Shown: piece after piece, positions 27,927 to 38,126 of the stretch
How positions within the stretch are numbered: the stretch's first letter is position 1
Layout of the letters: every line of letters starts with the position of its first letter
Assembly: GCA_016787415.1 (NCBI GenBank)
Contig: JAEUUT010000213.1
Location: forward strand, 8,054-72,053
Reading direction: 5' to 3'
DNA length: 64,000 nucleotides
DNA from: Saprospiraceae bacterium
GTDB taxonomy: Bacteria > Bacteroidota > Bacteroidia > Chitinophagales > Saprospiraceae
Translations under genes and position numbers: made by a program
The notes under the pieces: model-generated
Databases searched by the model: none
Told to the model about the DNA's origin: nothing
The model's input: only the letters and a program-made list of their open reading frames with translations

Positions 27927-29453
27927 ATGAAATATACATTCTTGATTTTATTGATCACATTGAAAATGACGGTAGTGGCCCAATCTGGCTTCAACCGATC
28001 TTATGACCTCGGTGGGCATGCTGCTGCATTTTGTAGTTTGGAATTGTCTGGTGACACAGTGATCGTATACGGCACCAACTACCAGAATGGTGCGTCTGCA
28101 TTCGGGATGCTTTTTGCCCGCATTGATACGTTCGGAAATTTGCTGGATTACAACGTGTATAATGATAGCCTGGAAGACGACTTTACTTTGGTTTACCAGA
28201 ACAGTTTTATCAAACTATCCGATGGATCAGGGTATGCAGGAGTCGGGCAGATCTTCCAACGTATAGACGGTTACATGGCATTTTTCGATATCGCAGGAAA
28301 TGTTACCAAATATGTGGAGTATGAAGATCAGTATTCATTCGTTGAGTTCTTCAAACAAGTTATAGAATTAAATGATGGCTTTTTAATTCTGGGTGAAAAA
28401 CAAAACCCGATCACTTACAACGCTGATATTTTTGTGATAAAAACTGACTTCAATGGAAATATCATTTGGGAAAGAAAATATCCAACTCTAAACAGGGCAA
28501 CTTATTTGAGTAAATGTATTATTTTAAATATAAACGAATATGTAATAAGCGGAAGTACTACCAAAAAAAATGTGCCCACAAGCCAGGTTACTAACACCAG
28601 CAAAATTTTCGCCATCGACAGCCTGGGCAACCTCAAATGGCAATGGGAAAGCCAACCTTCCCTGGATGAAATGGGCGCTGGCACTACTTTCCATACACAA
28701 GACGGCAAATGGGTTTATTTCAGTGCCAGAGGATGGTACAATTCAACTTACAACGAAATATCTCGACAACCTATCATAGTAGTGCGGGACAGTATGTTCA
28801 ACCTCATTCAAACGGATACATTTGGAGTAGCAAACAGTCCTGTTACCGTTTTCCTTAACACAATTTCACTCCACAATGGAGGCTGGCTGGCTGTTGGCAC
28901 CAATCCTCAGAACTATGCAACACCACCTTTGTCTACCGAATTCAATGCTCTCTCCGGCTGGATGTACAAAATTGACAGCAACGTCAACAAGGTCTGGAGC
29001 AGGGTCGACACTGCTTTCTGGAGCACGCAAACCGGCTCCGCCAACTACCTGTACGATGCCATAGAACTCCCCAGCGGCAGCATCATCGCCTGCGGGTACA
29101 ACCGTACCTACGAGCCCGCGCCCAAAGACTGGGGCTGGCTCATCAAGGTAAGTGCCGATGGCTGTGTCGATACCCTGAGTTGTGCGGTGCTACCAACGCA
29201 CTCGCCTTCGTTGTCGCCCTGGGAAAATTTGCGCCTGTACCCAAATCCTGCGGTATCGGAACTACAAATTACTGGCGCCCCAACTGGCCTTTGGGAGTGC
29301 ATCGAGGTGCTCAACATGTCGGGGCAATCGCTCATACAACTGTATCATACCCGCGACGACAGGCTGGACCTCCGGGGGCTCGAAAACGGCGTATACATAG
29401 TACGGCTTACCCGAGCCGGGCAAACCACTGCGCGAAAGGTGGTCAAACAGTAA
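27927..29453 (+). CDS. T9SS C-terminal-sorting-domain protein, tandem paralog 1
   Basis: The Met at 27927 gives the signal MKYTFLILLITLKMTVVAQ. The CTD reads LRLYPNPAVSELQITG...GVYIVRLTRAGQTTARKVVKQ. Confidence 0.8.
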   Translation: MKYTFLILLITLKMTVVAQSGFNRSYDLGGHAAAFCSLELSGDTVIVYGTNYQNGASAFGMLFARIDTFGNLLDYNVYNDSLEDDFTLVYQNSFIKLSDGSGYAGVGQIFQRIDGYMAFFDIAGNVTKYVEYEDQYSFVEFFKQVIELNDGFLILGEKQNPITYNADIFVIKTDFNGNIIWERKYPTLNRATYLSKCIILNINEYVISGSTTKKNVPTSQVTNTSKIFAIDSLGNLKWQWESQPSLDEMGAGTTFHTQDGKWVYFSARGWYNSTYNEISRQPIIVVRDSMFNLIQTDTFGVANSPVTVFLNTISLHNGGWLAVGTNPQNYATPPLSTEFNALSGWMYKIDSNVNKVWSRVDTAFWSTQTGSANYLYDAIELPSGSIIACGYNRTYEPAPKDWGWLIKVSADGCVDTLSCAVLPTHSPSLSPWENLRLYPNPAVSELQITGAPTGLWECIEVLNMSGQSLIQLYHTRDDRLDLRGLENGVYIVRLTRAGQTTARKVVKQ

Positions 29454-29495
29454 AAACAAGGCGCTAACACCCGGATAAGTAACATCACGCTACAC

Positions 29496-31019
29496 ATGAA
29501 ATATATACTTTCTGTCTATTGCGTTTGGATAGCACTTAACATGTCTGCCCAATCTGGCTTCAACCGATCTTACGACCTCGGTGGACATGCTGCTGCATTT
29601 TGTAGTTTGGAATTGTCTGGTGACACAGTGATCGTATACGGCACCAACTACCAGAACGGTGCGTCTGCATTTGGGATGCTTTTTGCCCGCATTGATACGT
29701 TCGGGAATATGATAGACTACAGCGTGTACAATGACAGCCTGGGAGACGATTTTACTCAGGTATATCAGAATAGTTTCATCAAATTATCTAATGGAAGTGG
29801 GTATGCTGGAGTTGGCCAATTGTTTGGCCGTGATAATGGTTACCTAGCACTATTTGATAAGGCTGGGAATGTAACCAAATACATAGAATATCAAGACCCG
29901 GTCTCATTGACAGATTTTTTCAAACAAGTCATAGAACTAGAAGACGGCTTTTTAATAATGGGTGAAAAACAAAACTCTTTATCTTATAATACGGATGTCT
30001 TTGCACTAAAAACAGATTTTGAAGGAAATGTCATATGGGAAAAAAAATTCCTCACGCAGAATAGGTTGACACTTTTTGGAAGACTCCTTCTCATAAATTC
30101 CAATGAGTTGGTAATAAGCGGGGGAACAGTTAACAATAATGTGCCGACCAACTACATTACCTATACAAGCAAAATTTTCGCCATCGACAGCCTGGGTGAT
30201 ATCAAATGGCAATGGCAAAGCCAACCTTCTCTGGATGAAATGAGTGCTGGGATTATTGGTAGAGCATCAAATGGCAACTGGCTCTATAACAGCTTGTGTG
30301 GATGGTATGACGAGGCCTATAATTACATTTACTTTAGACCAACACGAGTCGTCCGGGATGCCGATTTCAACCTCATAAGTACAGATACATTTGGTGTGAT
30401 CAACTCCAACGTTCAATTTTTTTTCAATACCATCGCACTGCAAGATCATGGTTGGATTTCAGTCGGCACAAGGCCGGTAGCACATAATCAAGAACAGCCC
30501 TACGATTTTGATGCGTTATGCGGTTGGATATATCGATTTGATTCTCTATCGCAACCGGTCTGGAGCAGGGTCGACACTGCTTTCTGGAGTACGCAAACCG
30601 GCTCCGAAAACTACCTGTACGATGCCATAGAACTCCCCAGCGGCAGCATCATCGCCTGCGGGAACAGCCGTACCTACGAGCCCGCGCCCAAAGACTGGGG
30701 CTGGCTCATCAAGGTAAGTGCCGATGGCTGTGTCGACACCCTGAGTTGTGCGGTGCTACCAACGCAGTCGCCTTCGTTGTCGCCCTGGGAAGGCTTGCGC
30801 CTGTACCCAAATCCTGCGGTATCGGAACTACAAATTACTGGCGTACCAATTGGCCTTTGGGAGCGCATCGAGGTGCTCAACATATCGGGGCAATCGCTCA
30901 TACAACTGTACCATACCCACGACGACAGGCTGGACCTCCGAGGGCTCGAAAACGGCGTATACATAGTACGGCTTACCCGAGCAGGGCAAACCACTGCGCG
31001 AAAGGTGGTCAAACAGTAA
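29496..31019 (+). CDS. T9SS C-terminal-sorting-domain protein, tandem paralog 2
   Basis: Signal MKYILSVYCVWIALNMSAQ. The N-terminal ~50 mature residues are identical to paralog 1, and the C-terminal ~170 aa are near-identical to both neighbours. Confidence 0.8.
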   Translation: MKYILSVYCVWIALNMSAQSGFNRSYDLGGHAAAFCSLELSGDTVIVYGTNYQNGASAFGMLFARIDTFGNMIDYSVYNDSLGDDFTQVYQNSFIKLSNGSGYAGVGQLFGRDNGYLALFDKAGNVTKYIEYQDPVSLTDFFKQVIELEDGFLIMGEKQNSLSYNTDVFALKTDFEGNVIWEKKFLTQNRLTLFGRLLLINSNELVISGGTVNNNVPTNYITYTSKIFAIDSLGDIKWQWQSQPSLDEMSAGIIGRASNGNWLYNSLCGWYDEAYNYIYFRPTRVVRDADFNLISTDTFGVINSNVQFFFNTIALQDHGWISVGTRPVAHNQEQPYDFDALCGWIYRFDSLSQPVWSRVDTAFWSTQTGSENYLYDAIELPSGSIIACGNSRTYEPAPKDWGWLIKVSADGCVDTLSCAVLPTQSPSLSPWEGLRLYPNPAVSELQITGVPIGLWERIEVLNISGQSLIQLYHTHDDRLDLRGLENGVYIVRLTRAGQTTARKVVKQ

Positions 31020-31061
31020 AAACAAGGCGCTAACACCCGGATAAGTAACATCACGCTACAC

Positions 31062-32600
31062 ATGAAATATATACTTTCTGTCTATTGCGTTTGGATAGCG
31101 CTTAACATGTCTGCCCAATCTGGCTTCAACCGATCTTATGACCTCGGTGGACATGCTGCTGCATTTTGCAGCATGGAATTAGCCGAAGATACAGTGGTCA
31201 TCTATGGCACCATTTACCAAACAGGCGCTTCTGCATTCGGGTTGTTGTTTGCACGAATGGATACTTTTGGAAATATCATTGATTATAAAATATACAATGA
31301 CAGCCTGGAAGATGATTTTACGCTGGTTTCTCCTAACAGCTTTATCAGATTGTCTAACGCCTCTGGATATGCCGCAGTTGGGCAGTTTTTTGATCGAGAT
31401 AAAGGGTATTTTGCTAAATTTGATAATGTTGGGAATTTAGAAATTATGCAGGAGTATGCGGATACGATTTATTCAAACAACATTTTCAACCAAATCATAG
31501 AATCCAATGGGAATTTTTACATCGGTGGCACTGATTATGATTGGGAAGTCAATTCAACCAATGTTGTTATACTGAAGATAAATAGTTCAGGCCAACTTAT
31601 CTGGGAAAAAAAGGTACAAGACCCTTCTGTCGTAAATCTATTTGGTTCGATCATAATAAAAGATGAAAATGAATTTGTAATAAGTGGAGGCACTACCAAT
31701 AAGCCCGGCGTCGTGCCACTCGAATACACTAAAAACACCAGCAAAATTTTCGCCATCGACAGCTTAGGCAACCTCAAATGGGAATGGCAAACCCAACCTT
31801 CACTCGATGAACTGGGGGCAGGCCCAATCTTCCATACCAACGACAACAAATGGGTGTACCACAGTGCCAGAGGTTGGTATAATGCCACTTACAACGAAAT
31901 ATCCATACAACCCAAAATGGTGGTGCGGGATGAGCAATTCAACCTGATCAAACAAGACACATTTGGCGTAGCAAACAGTCCTGTTACCGTTTTCCTTAAC
32001 ACAATTCCACTCCACAATGGAGGCTGGCTGGCTGTTGGCACCAATCCCCAGAACTATGCAACACCACCTTTGTCTACCGAATTCAATGCACTCTCCGGCT
32101 GGATGTACAAAATTGACAGCAACGTCAACAAGGTCTGGAGCAGGGTTGATACTGCTTTCTGGAGCACGCAAACCGGCTCCGCCAACTACCTGTACGATGC
32201 CATAGAACTCCCCAGCGGCAGTATCATTGCGTGTGGGAACAGCCGTACCTACGAGCCCGTGCCCAAAGACTGGGGCTGGCTCATCAAGGTAAGTGCCGAT
32301 GGCTGTGTTGATACCCTGAGTTGTGCGGTGCTACCAACGCAGTCGCCTTCGTTGTCGCCCTGGGAAAATTTGCGCCTGTACCCAAATCCTGCGGTATCGG
32401 AACTACAAATTACTGGCGTCCCAACTGGCCTTTGGGAGCGCATCGAGGTGCTCAACATATCGGGGCAATCGCTCATACAACTGTACCATACCCACGACGA
32501 CAGGCTGGACCTCCGAGGGCTCGAAAACGGCGTATACATTGTACGGCTTACCCGAGCAGGCAATACGGTGGCGCGAAAAGTGGTAAAAAAAGGCAGGTAG
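31062..32600 (+). CDS. T9SS C-terminal-sorting-domain protein, tandem paralog 3
   Basis: Its signal peptide and 45-nt upstream spacer are identical to paralog 2. The segment FGVANSPVTVFLNT...NKVWS is near-identical to paralog 1. Confidence 0.8.
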   Translation: MKYILSVYCVWIALNMSAQSGFNRSYDLGGHAAAFCSMELAEDTVVIYGTIYQTGASAFGLLFARMDTFGNIIDYKIYNDSLEDDFTLVSPNSFIRLSNASGYAAVGQFFDRDKGYFAKFDNVGNLEIMQEYADTIYSNNIFNQIIESNGNFYIGGTDYDWEVNSTNVVILKINSSGQLIWEKKVQDPSVVNLFGSIIIKDENEFVISGGTTNKPGVVPLEYTKNTSKIFAIDSLGNLKWEWQTQPSLDELGAGPIFHTNDNKWVYHSARGWYNATYNEISIQPKMVVRDEQFNLIKQDTFGVANSPVTVFLNTIPLHNGGWLAVGTNPQNYATPPLSTEFNALSGWMYKIDSNVNKVWSRVDTAFWSTQTGSANYLYDAIELPSGSIIACGNSRTYEPVPKDWGWLIKVSADGCVDTLSCAVLPTQSPSLSPWENLRLYPNPAVSELQITGVPTGLWERIEVLNISGQSLIQLYHTHDDRLDLRGLENGVYIVRLTRAGNTVARKVVKKGR

Positions 32601-32636
32601 AAATGACCAATTGTGGATAGTAGTTATATTGGTGGC

Positions 32637-33254
32637 ATGAAAAACCTTGCCGACGTCAAAGAACAACTCGCCCATTTCTGGGAAATTGAATCAGAAGCAG
32701 AAAGAGACGCCCTGCTACTACGCGTTCGCAATTATGCGTCCCAACAGGATGCCGACAACTTTGCCGGGGAAATCCGGCGAACTTTTGAACAGATCGATTT
32801 TTCCGGCATCAGCGTGGTATATGAAGCCTTGAGCAACAACCCGGAAAAATGGGGGCGCTTCTTCGTGGAAGAATACCAACGCGCATTCCAGGCTGCCGAA
32901 AAGTCTGTCACCCCCTCCAATATTCTGAAAAGTCTGGAAGAAATGTCTTTTGCATCCAATCATCAAGCAGGGTGTACCCGAGATGTCATCCGCATTTTAT
33001 CAGGGTATTTTTCAAATCCTAAAGATGCCATTCGCTATTGGGCTTTCTGGCATTGCGGCAATTGGCTATCACCCGACAATGTGCGGCAATTCCCGGAAAC
33101 AGTCGCCGCTTTTCAACACGCTTTGCAGGATTCCAACTGGAAAATAAGACATATCGTACGTTTAGCCCTGACGGATATGGGCCAGCAGCCACCCAAGCCA
33201 TCTCTGCTGGATCGTTTCAGGGTCTGGGCTTTTAATCCATTTTCCATCCAATGA
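32637..33254 (+). CDS. hypothetical protein, possibly HEAT/ARM-like repeats
   Basis: ATG at 32637 (the listed 32613 start is a GTG). All-helical composition, with NPKDAIRYWAFWHCGNW and DSNWKIRHIVRLAL repeat-like segments. Confidence 0.5.
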   Translation: MKNLADVKEQLAHFWEIESEAERDALLLRVRNYASQQDADNFAGEIRRTFEQIDFSGISVVYEALSNNPEKWGRFFVEEYQRAFQAAEKSVTPSNILKSLEEMSFASNHQAGCTRDVIRILSGYFSNPKDAIRYWAFWHCGNWLSPDNVRQFPETVAAFQHALQDSNWKIRHIVRLALTDMGQQPPKPSLLDRFRVWAFNPFSIQ

Positions 33255-33267
33255 TTTCCCTTCTTTC

Positions 33268-34041
33268 ATGCCATTGTCATCTGCACAAATCCAGCATTTT
33301 ATCCAAAAAGGCTACGTAAAAGTCGAGCATGCCTTTTCCCAAGAACTGGCCGATGTTTGTCGAGGCATTTTGTGGAAAGCCACGCAGGCCGACCCCGACG
33401 ACCCAGACACCTGGACGCAGCCCGTCGTCAGAATCGGAGAAATCGGGCTTCCTCCTTTTCAAGCGGCTGCCAATACGCCTGTGCTGTTGGAGGCATTTCA
33501 GCAATTGGCCGGCGACAACTGGCTGCCCCGAGCCAGCCTCGGCTCTTTCCCTATTCGATTTCCCAGTAAGACACCGGCTGGCGATACTGGCTGGCATGTG
33601 GATGCCAGTTTTCCCGGCGACGAGCCTTCGGATTACATGCAATGGCGCATAAACGTCCAATCCAGAGGCCGGGCGCTGTTGATGCTTTTCCTTTTTTCCG
33701 ATGTAGGTGAAAATGATGCGCCCACTTTGATCCAGGAAGGTTCTCATCTGGAAGTTGCCAAAATCCTGGCGCCACATGGGCCTTCAGGGCTTTCTTTTAT
33801 GGAACTGGCCGGGCAACTGGACAGCATAAAAGGACTTCCTTTGACGCAGGCAATCGGCGAAGCAGGCACGGTGTATCTATGCCATCCATTTTTGGTGCAT
33901 GCCGCTCAGGATCACAAGGGCAGCGTCCCGAAATTTATGGCTCAGCCGCCTTTGTTGTCAAAGCGGGATTTTGATATTTTCCGGAACGATACAGTGCTTT
34001 GTCCGATAGAAATAGCCATCAAAACAGCACTTGGCGCATGA
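33268..34041 (+). CDS. phytanoyl-CoA dioxygenase (PhyH) family Fe(II)/2OG oxygenase-like protein
   Basis: N-terminal QIQHFIQKGYVKVEHAF, WHVDASFPGD (HxD) and the distal LCHPFLVHAA. Confidence 0.7.
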   Translation: MPLSSAQIQHFIQKGYVKVEHAFSQELADVCRGILWKATQADPDDPDTWTQPVVRIGEIGLPPFQAAANTPVLLEAFQQLAGDNWLPRASLGSFPIRFPSKTPAGDTGWHVDASFPGDEPSDYMQWRINVQSRGRALLMLFLFSDVGENDAPTLIQEGSHLEVAKILAPHGPSGLSFMELAGQLDSIKGLPLTQAIGEAGTVYLCHPFLVHAAQDHKGSVPKFMAQPPLLSKRDFDIFRNDTVLCPIEIAIKTALGA

Positions 34042-34253
34042 CGTATTTAGTACCAACCGCGCCTTGTCGAGCAGTTTTCAAAGCGAAACCCAGAACCGTA
34101 TGATAATGAATGGATTGTTGTGGCTGGGGAAAAGACATTGATAATCCAACGCCACATTCGTCTTTTTCATCTCTACAAATGCCCTAATGGTCGTCGTGCC
34201 TCCCTGCCAGCGGCATGCTGTGTTTATATTTGCAGTAAGATCATTGCAACAGC

Positions 34254-35276
34254 ATGAAAGTTCAGATTACCGACACACAAAAAAAAGTGCTGTTCCACCT
34301 CAGCCTGTGGAGCATCTGGATGTTTTTGTCTGTGTCGAATGCCCGGGATGAAGAATTATATATCAGAACGGTCATCGTCAGCACGGTCATTGTGACCACA
34401 CATATTCCTCTGTTTCTATTGAATACGGAGTGGCTGATTCCGCATATTTTTCCCAGAAAAGGAGCGGTAGTTTACTTCTGGTCGCTGATGGGCATTCTGG
34501 CGGCTTTCAGTTTTCTGCATTACCACATTTTTAAATGGGTTGCCCAATACCACGGGATTATTCTCGACTGGGGCAGCGGAAAGGTCATCATGAAAGGCAC
34601 CCTCGCCCTTGTCATGGTAGCCGCTATCAGTACCGGCTACGGGTTGTTGAACTACGTGGTACGGCAGGAGCGACAACAGCAGGAAAAAAAGCAGGAGCGC
34701 CTGCAATCGGAGTTGTCGTTTCTGCGATCCCAAATCAGTCCACACTTCATTTTTAACGTGCTGAATAGCCTGGTGTACCTCATCCGATCCAAATCGGAAC
34801 TGGCAGAACCTGTTATTATCAAACTGTCTGAACTCATGCGATATATGCTGTATGAGTCGGAAAACACGCAAATACCGCTGGAAAAGGAACTTGCCTACCT
34901 CCAAAACTATATAGAACTGCAAAAAATCCGCTTTGAGGAAGACGTAGAAATCAGGTTCCACATCGATGGGAATGCAACCGACCAACTGATCGAACCCATG
35001 CTGTTGATTCCGTTTGTGGAAAATGCCTACAAACATGGCGTAAGCATGCTGGAAAACCCGGTTATCGAGATTGATATAAAGATCAGGGAACAGGACCTTG
35101 ACCTTTTGGTAAAAAACAAGGTAGCGCCCGCAACAGCCGATCTCAAAGACGCTGGCACCGGAATAGGGTTAAAAAACGTCGGCAGGCGCCTGGAACTCCT
35201 GTATCCTGAAGCACATACCTTGAACATCAGCCATAAAAACGGCTGGTTTTCTGTCCACCTTCACATCGACACATGA
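34254..35276 (+). CDS. sensor histidine kinase (LytS/His_kinase family, partner of LytTR regulator)
   Basis: Multi-TM N-terminus, SQISPHFIFNVLNSLVYLIR, and LIPFVENAYKHG. Confidence 0.85.
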   Translation: MKVQITDTQKKVLFHLSLWSIWMFLSVSNARDEELYIRTVIVSTVIVTTHIPLFLLNTEWLIPHIFPRKGAVVYFWSLMGILAAFSFLHYHIFKWVAQYHGIILDWGSGKVIMKGTLALVMVAAISTGYGLLNYVVRQERQQQEKKQERLQSELSFLRSQISPHFIFNVLNSLVYLIRSKSELAEPVIIKLSELMRYMLYESENTQIPLEKELAYLQNYIELQKIRFEEDVEIRFHIDGNATDQLIEPMLLIPFVENAYKHGVSMLENPVIEIDIKIREQDLDLLVKNKVAPATADLKDAGTGIGLKNVGRRLELLYPEAHTLNISHKNGWFSVHLHIDT

Positions 35277-36001
35277 AACTCACCTGCATCATCGTAGACG
35301 ACGAAAGCCTGGCGCGCAAACTCCTCGAAGAGAGCGTGCAACAACTGCCGTTTCTGCAATTGGTCGGCACTTGCAAGAACCCATTTGAAGCCATGCAAAT
35401 TTTGCAGGAGCAAACGGTCGATCTGATGTTTCTGGACATTCAGATGCCGGGCATGCTGGGCACCCAGTTTTTGCAAAGCCTGCGCGAAAGGCCTATGACA
35501 ATTCTCGTAACGGCCTATTCTAATTTTGCCGTACAGGGTTACGACCTGGATGTGATCGATTACGTGATGAAACCGGTGAGTATGGAGCGGTTTTCCAAAG
35601 CGGCGCTGAAAGCGCTGGAGGAAAAGCAAAAAAGGGTGGCGCTGGAACAACAAACGGCTGCTGCGGTACAGCCAGAAGACGAATCATTTTTTGTGAATGT
35701 GGAATATGCACTCGTCAAAGTATCGGTGCCCGACATCACCCATGTGGAAAGCATGAAAGACTATGTGAAGATATTTCTTGCCGGAGCGCCCAAACCCGTC
35801 ATCACCAAAAGTACCCTGAAAGCCATTGAGGAAAAATTGCCTGCCCGAAAATTCATGCGGGTGCATAAATCATTTCTGGTACACCTCGATAAAATTGAAT
35901 CCATCCGCAGCCAGGCTATCCAGATCGGAGCATATCAAATTCCTGTAAGTGACGCATCGGTGGATACGCTAATGCAGGCTCTGGGGCAAAAGAAGCCCTG
36001 A
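35273..36001 (+). CDS. LytTR family response regulator
   Basis: Receiver domain (CIIVDDE...DLMFLDIQMPGM) plus a LytTR C-terminus (FMRVHKSFLVHLDKI). ATGA overlap with the kinase gene. Confidence 0.9.
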   Translation: MKLTCIIVDDESLARKLLEESVQQLPFLQLVGTCKNPFEAMQILQEQTVDLMFLDIQMPGMLGTQFLQSLRERPMTILVTAYSNFAVQGYDLDVIDYVMKPVSMERFSKAALKALEEKQKRVALEQQTAAAVQPEDESFFVNVEYALVKVSVPDITHVESMKDYVKIFLAGAPKPVITKSTLKAIEEKLPARKFMRVHKSFLVHLDKIESIRSQAIQIGAYQIPVSDASVDTLMQALGQKKP

Positions 36002-36238
36002 AACATATTTTCCTGTAAAATATTTGTTTATATATTCTCTGGACGCTTACATTGGACGGCCGAATCACTCTTCCCTGCTCCGCACGTCGATCATCTAATC
36101 ATTTATTCTTTACTGTCTGCACAACCTCAGACGTTCCTCCTGCTTGAAGGGCGGTAATCCTTTGTAGATTTTTACTCCTTATTCCTTATCATTTCTTTTA
36201 TCTTTTGACTTAACGGCTTCCCGCCATTTTCTGTCGAT

Positions 36239-37381
36239 ATGAAATCTCCTTCGGTAACTTTTTCCGGGTGTGTGTTCTATCTATTTGCAAAAAGTATGTT
36301 GCTGTGTGGATGTGTAACAGCGCCTCCTAACCAGGTTTGTCCGCCGGAAGAAAATATCGACGCCACTTTACAGCCCCCTGTCATTGCAAAAATTATGGTG
36401 AACGGGCGAACACAGCCATCCGACACTATTGTAATGCAAGCCAGCGACGAGGAGTTTATGATAGAACTCCAGCCCGCACAAGCGGACTCCTACTTTTTCA
36501 AACTTGCGGTAGACGGCCTCAGCCCTTGCGGGCGCGCGAGCATTTACCCACAAATGGGCTACACATTTTTACCAGGTGGCAACTATCAACTGGAATATTG
36601 GTACGAGAAAAAAGGTGCCTGCTCGCTACATAAAACCCTGAACATACAGGTTGGCCAATCCATATCCGAACAGGCATGGTTCAGGCCTGCCCTTATCATG
36701 TATTTTATACTAATCATTGGGGCAGTAGCGCTGCTGTGGAAACTCGATAAAACCCGACAATCGCTGTCGCTTCAAAAAATACGCAACCGAATTGCAGCCG
36801 ACCTGCACGATGAAGTCAGTTCCGACCTGAGCGGTATTGCCATTTCCATGACTACCCTCGAGCGCCGCAGAAATGTTTCGCCCAATGATTTTGCCAAATC
36901 CATACAGGAAATCAGGCAAACACTGAGCGATACGCAAAACAATCTTTCCGACACCGTGTGGGCCATAAAACCTGAAAAAGACAGCAGTGACGAACTGTTT
37001 CAGCGGATGAAAAAATTTGTGCAACAGATGCTGGAGCCCCAACAGATCAGGATTTCTTTTGACAATACGCTTCCGCATGATAAAACCCTGAAAATCACGA
37101 TGGAACAACGACACAATGTGTTCAAAATTTTCAAAGAAGCGATCCACAATATCTACAAGCACGCCCGGGCCACAGAAGTAAAGGTGCTGATATGCCCCCA
37201 CCCCGATGGTATTCTGCTGGAAATATGCGACAACGGCATCGGCTTCGATCTGGAGGCAGAACGCAATGGCAGCGGCGTCAACAATTATTTCTGGCGGGCG
37301 CAGGAGCAAATGATTGATTTAAAGGTGGTTACATCTCCTGGTAAGGGAGTACAATTGAAAATGGTAATTCCCCAAATGTAA
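36239..37381 (+). CDS. sensor histidine kinase, HisKA_3/NarX-type, with extracytoplasmic beta-rich N-terminal domain
   Basis: One TM helix (ALIMYFILIIGAVALLW), the phosphoacceptor box IAADLHDEVSSDLSGI, and HATPase (ICDNGIGF...GKGVQLKMVIP). Confidence 0.8.
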   Translation: MKSPSVTFSGCVFYLFAKSMLLCGCVTAPPNQVCPPEENIDATLQPPVIAKIMVNGRTQPSDTIVMQASDEEFMIELQPAQADSYFFKLAVDGLSPCGRASIYPQMGYTFLPGGNYQLEYWYEKKGACSLHKTLNIQVGQSISEQAWFRPALIMYFILIIGAVALLWKLDKTRQSLSLQKIRNRIAADLHDEVSSDLSGIAISMTTLERRRNVSPNDFAKSIQEIRQTLSDTQNNLSDTVWAIKPEKDSSDELFQRMKKFVQQMLEPQQIRISFDNTLPHDKTLKITMEQRHNVFKIFKEAIHNIYKHARATEVKVLICPHPDGILLEICDNGIGFDLEAERNGSGVNNYFWRAQEQMIDLKVVTSPGKGVQLKMVIPQM

Positions 37382-37387
37382 GAACAA

Positions 37388-37410
37388 TCCCCCCATTCCG
37401 GGGATTTGTA
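37388..37410 (+). repeat. Hairpin motif TCCCCCCATTCCGGGGATTTGTA (copy A) followed by a T-run
   Basis: A 7-bp stem AATCCCC/GGGGATT. It starts 7 nt after the kinase stop, and a closely similar motif occurs at 40741..40765. Confidence 0.6.
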
Positions 37411-37427
37411 GTACTTTTTTCGCCCCC

Positions 37428-37435
37428 TACTTTTG
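37428..37435 (+). promoter_or_regulatory. Bacteroidota-type -7 box TACTTTTG upstream of the response regulator gene
   Basis: Matches TAnnTTTG and lies 25 nt before the ATG at 37460. Confidence 0.35.
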
Positions 37436-37459
37436 TATCACAAAAAACACGTACGCCAA

Positions 37460-38095
37460 ATGATCCGAATAATCCTTTTCGATGACAACAAAGGCTTTCG
37501 AAAGAGCCTCACCGATTTTTTTAATACTTCCGACGACATTTATGTAGCGGCCAGTTTTGACCATGCCAACAATGCAGCCAAACACGTGCTAGAATACAAA
37601 CCGGACGTGGTGCTTATGGACATTCAAATGCCTGGAAAAAGTGGCCTTGAAGCGCTTCAGGAAATCAGTGCCGCATCGAAAGAGACGCGGGTGTTGATGC
37701 TCACGTCTTTCGACGACGACGACAAAATTTTTGCTGCGCTTTGTGCGAGCGCATACGGTTATGTGCTGAAAAGCAGCAGTGCCGACGACATACACCAGGC
37801 CATTCAGGAGGTACACAAGGGTGGCAGGTATCTGACGCCTTCGCTGGCCACGAAGGTGTATAAACTGATGCAAAGCCATATTGCGCAGGTACAACCCGGT
37901 TATGTTTCACTCACAGACCGTCAGAAGGACGTTTTGCGCGCAATGGTAGAAGGCCTGAGCAGAAAAATGATTGCAGATAAATTACTTATTCATATTGATA
38001 CTGTCGGCGACCACATTAAAGAGATTTACAAAAAATTGCATGTCAACTCCGCCCCGGAAGCCGTGCGTGAAGCCATTCAAAAAAAAATTATTTGA
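37460..38095 (+). CDS. response regulator transcription factor, NarL/LuxR family
   Basis: ATG at 37460 (MIRIILFDDN). Receiver (DVVLMDIQMPGKSG) plus LuxR HTH (LTDRQKDVLRAMVEGLSRKMIADKL). Confidence 0.9.
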   Translation: MIRIILFDDNKGFRKSLTDFFNTSDDIYVAASFDHANNAAKHVLEYKPDVVLMDIQMPGKSGLEALQEISAASKETRVLMLTSFDDDDKIFAALCASAYGYVLKSSSADDIHQAIQEVHKGGRYLTPSLATKVYKLMQSHIAQVQPGYVSLTDRQKDVLRAMVEGLSRKMIADKLLIHIDTVGDHIKEIYKKLHVNSAPEAVREAIQKKII

Positions 38096-38126
38096 AGCAT
38101 CGTTCAAAACGTAAGCAACTGGAATT

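Larger units (their letters stand above)
27927..32600 (+). repeat. Tandem triplication (unit about 1566-1569 bp) with mosaic identity blocks
   Basis: Gene starts are at 27927, 29496 and 31062. The intergenic TAAAAACAAGGCGCTAACACCCGGATAAGTAACATCACGCTACACATG is repeated verbatim at about 29451 and about 31017. Confidence 0.9.

Noticed and set aside
27927-32600. Diversity-generating retroelement or phase-variable invertible promoter as the cause of variation among the three T9SS paralogs.
   Set aside because: There is no reverse transcriptase, template repeat or recombinase gene in the window. The differences are block-wise rather than adenine-specific point changes. No inverted repeats flank a promoter.
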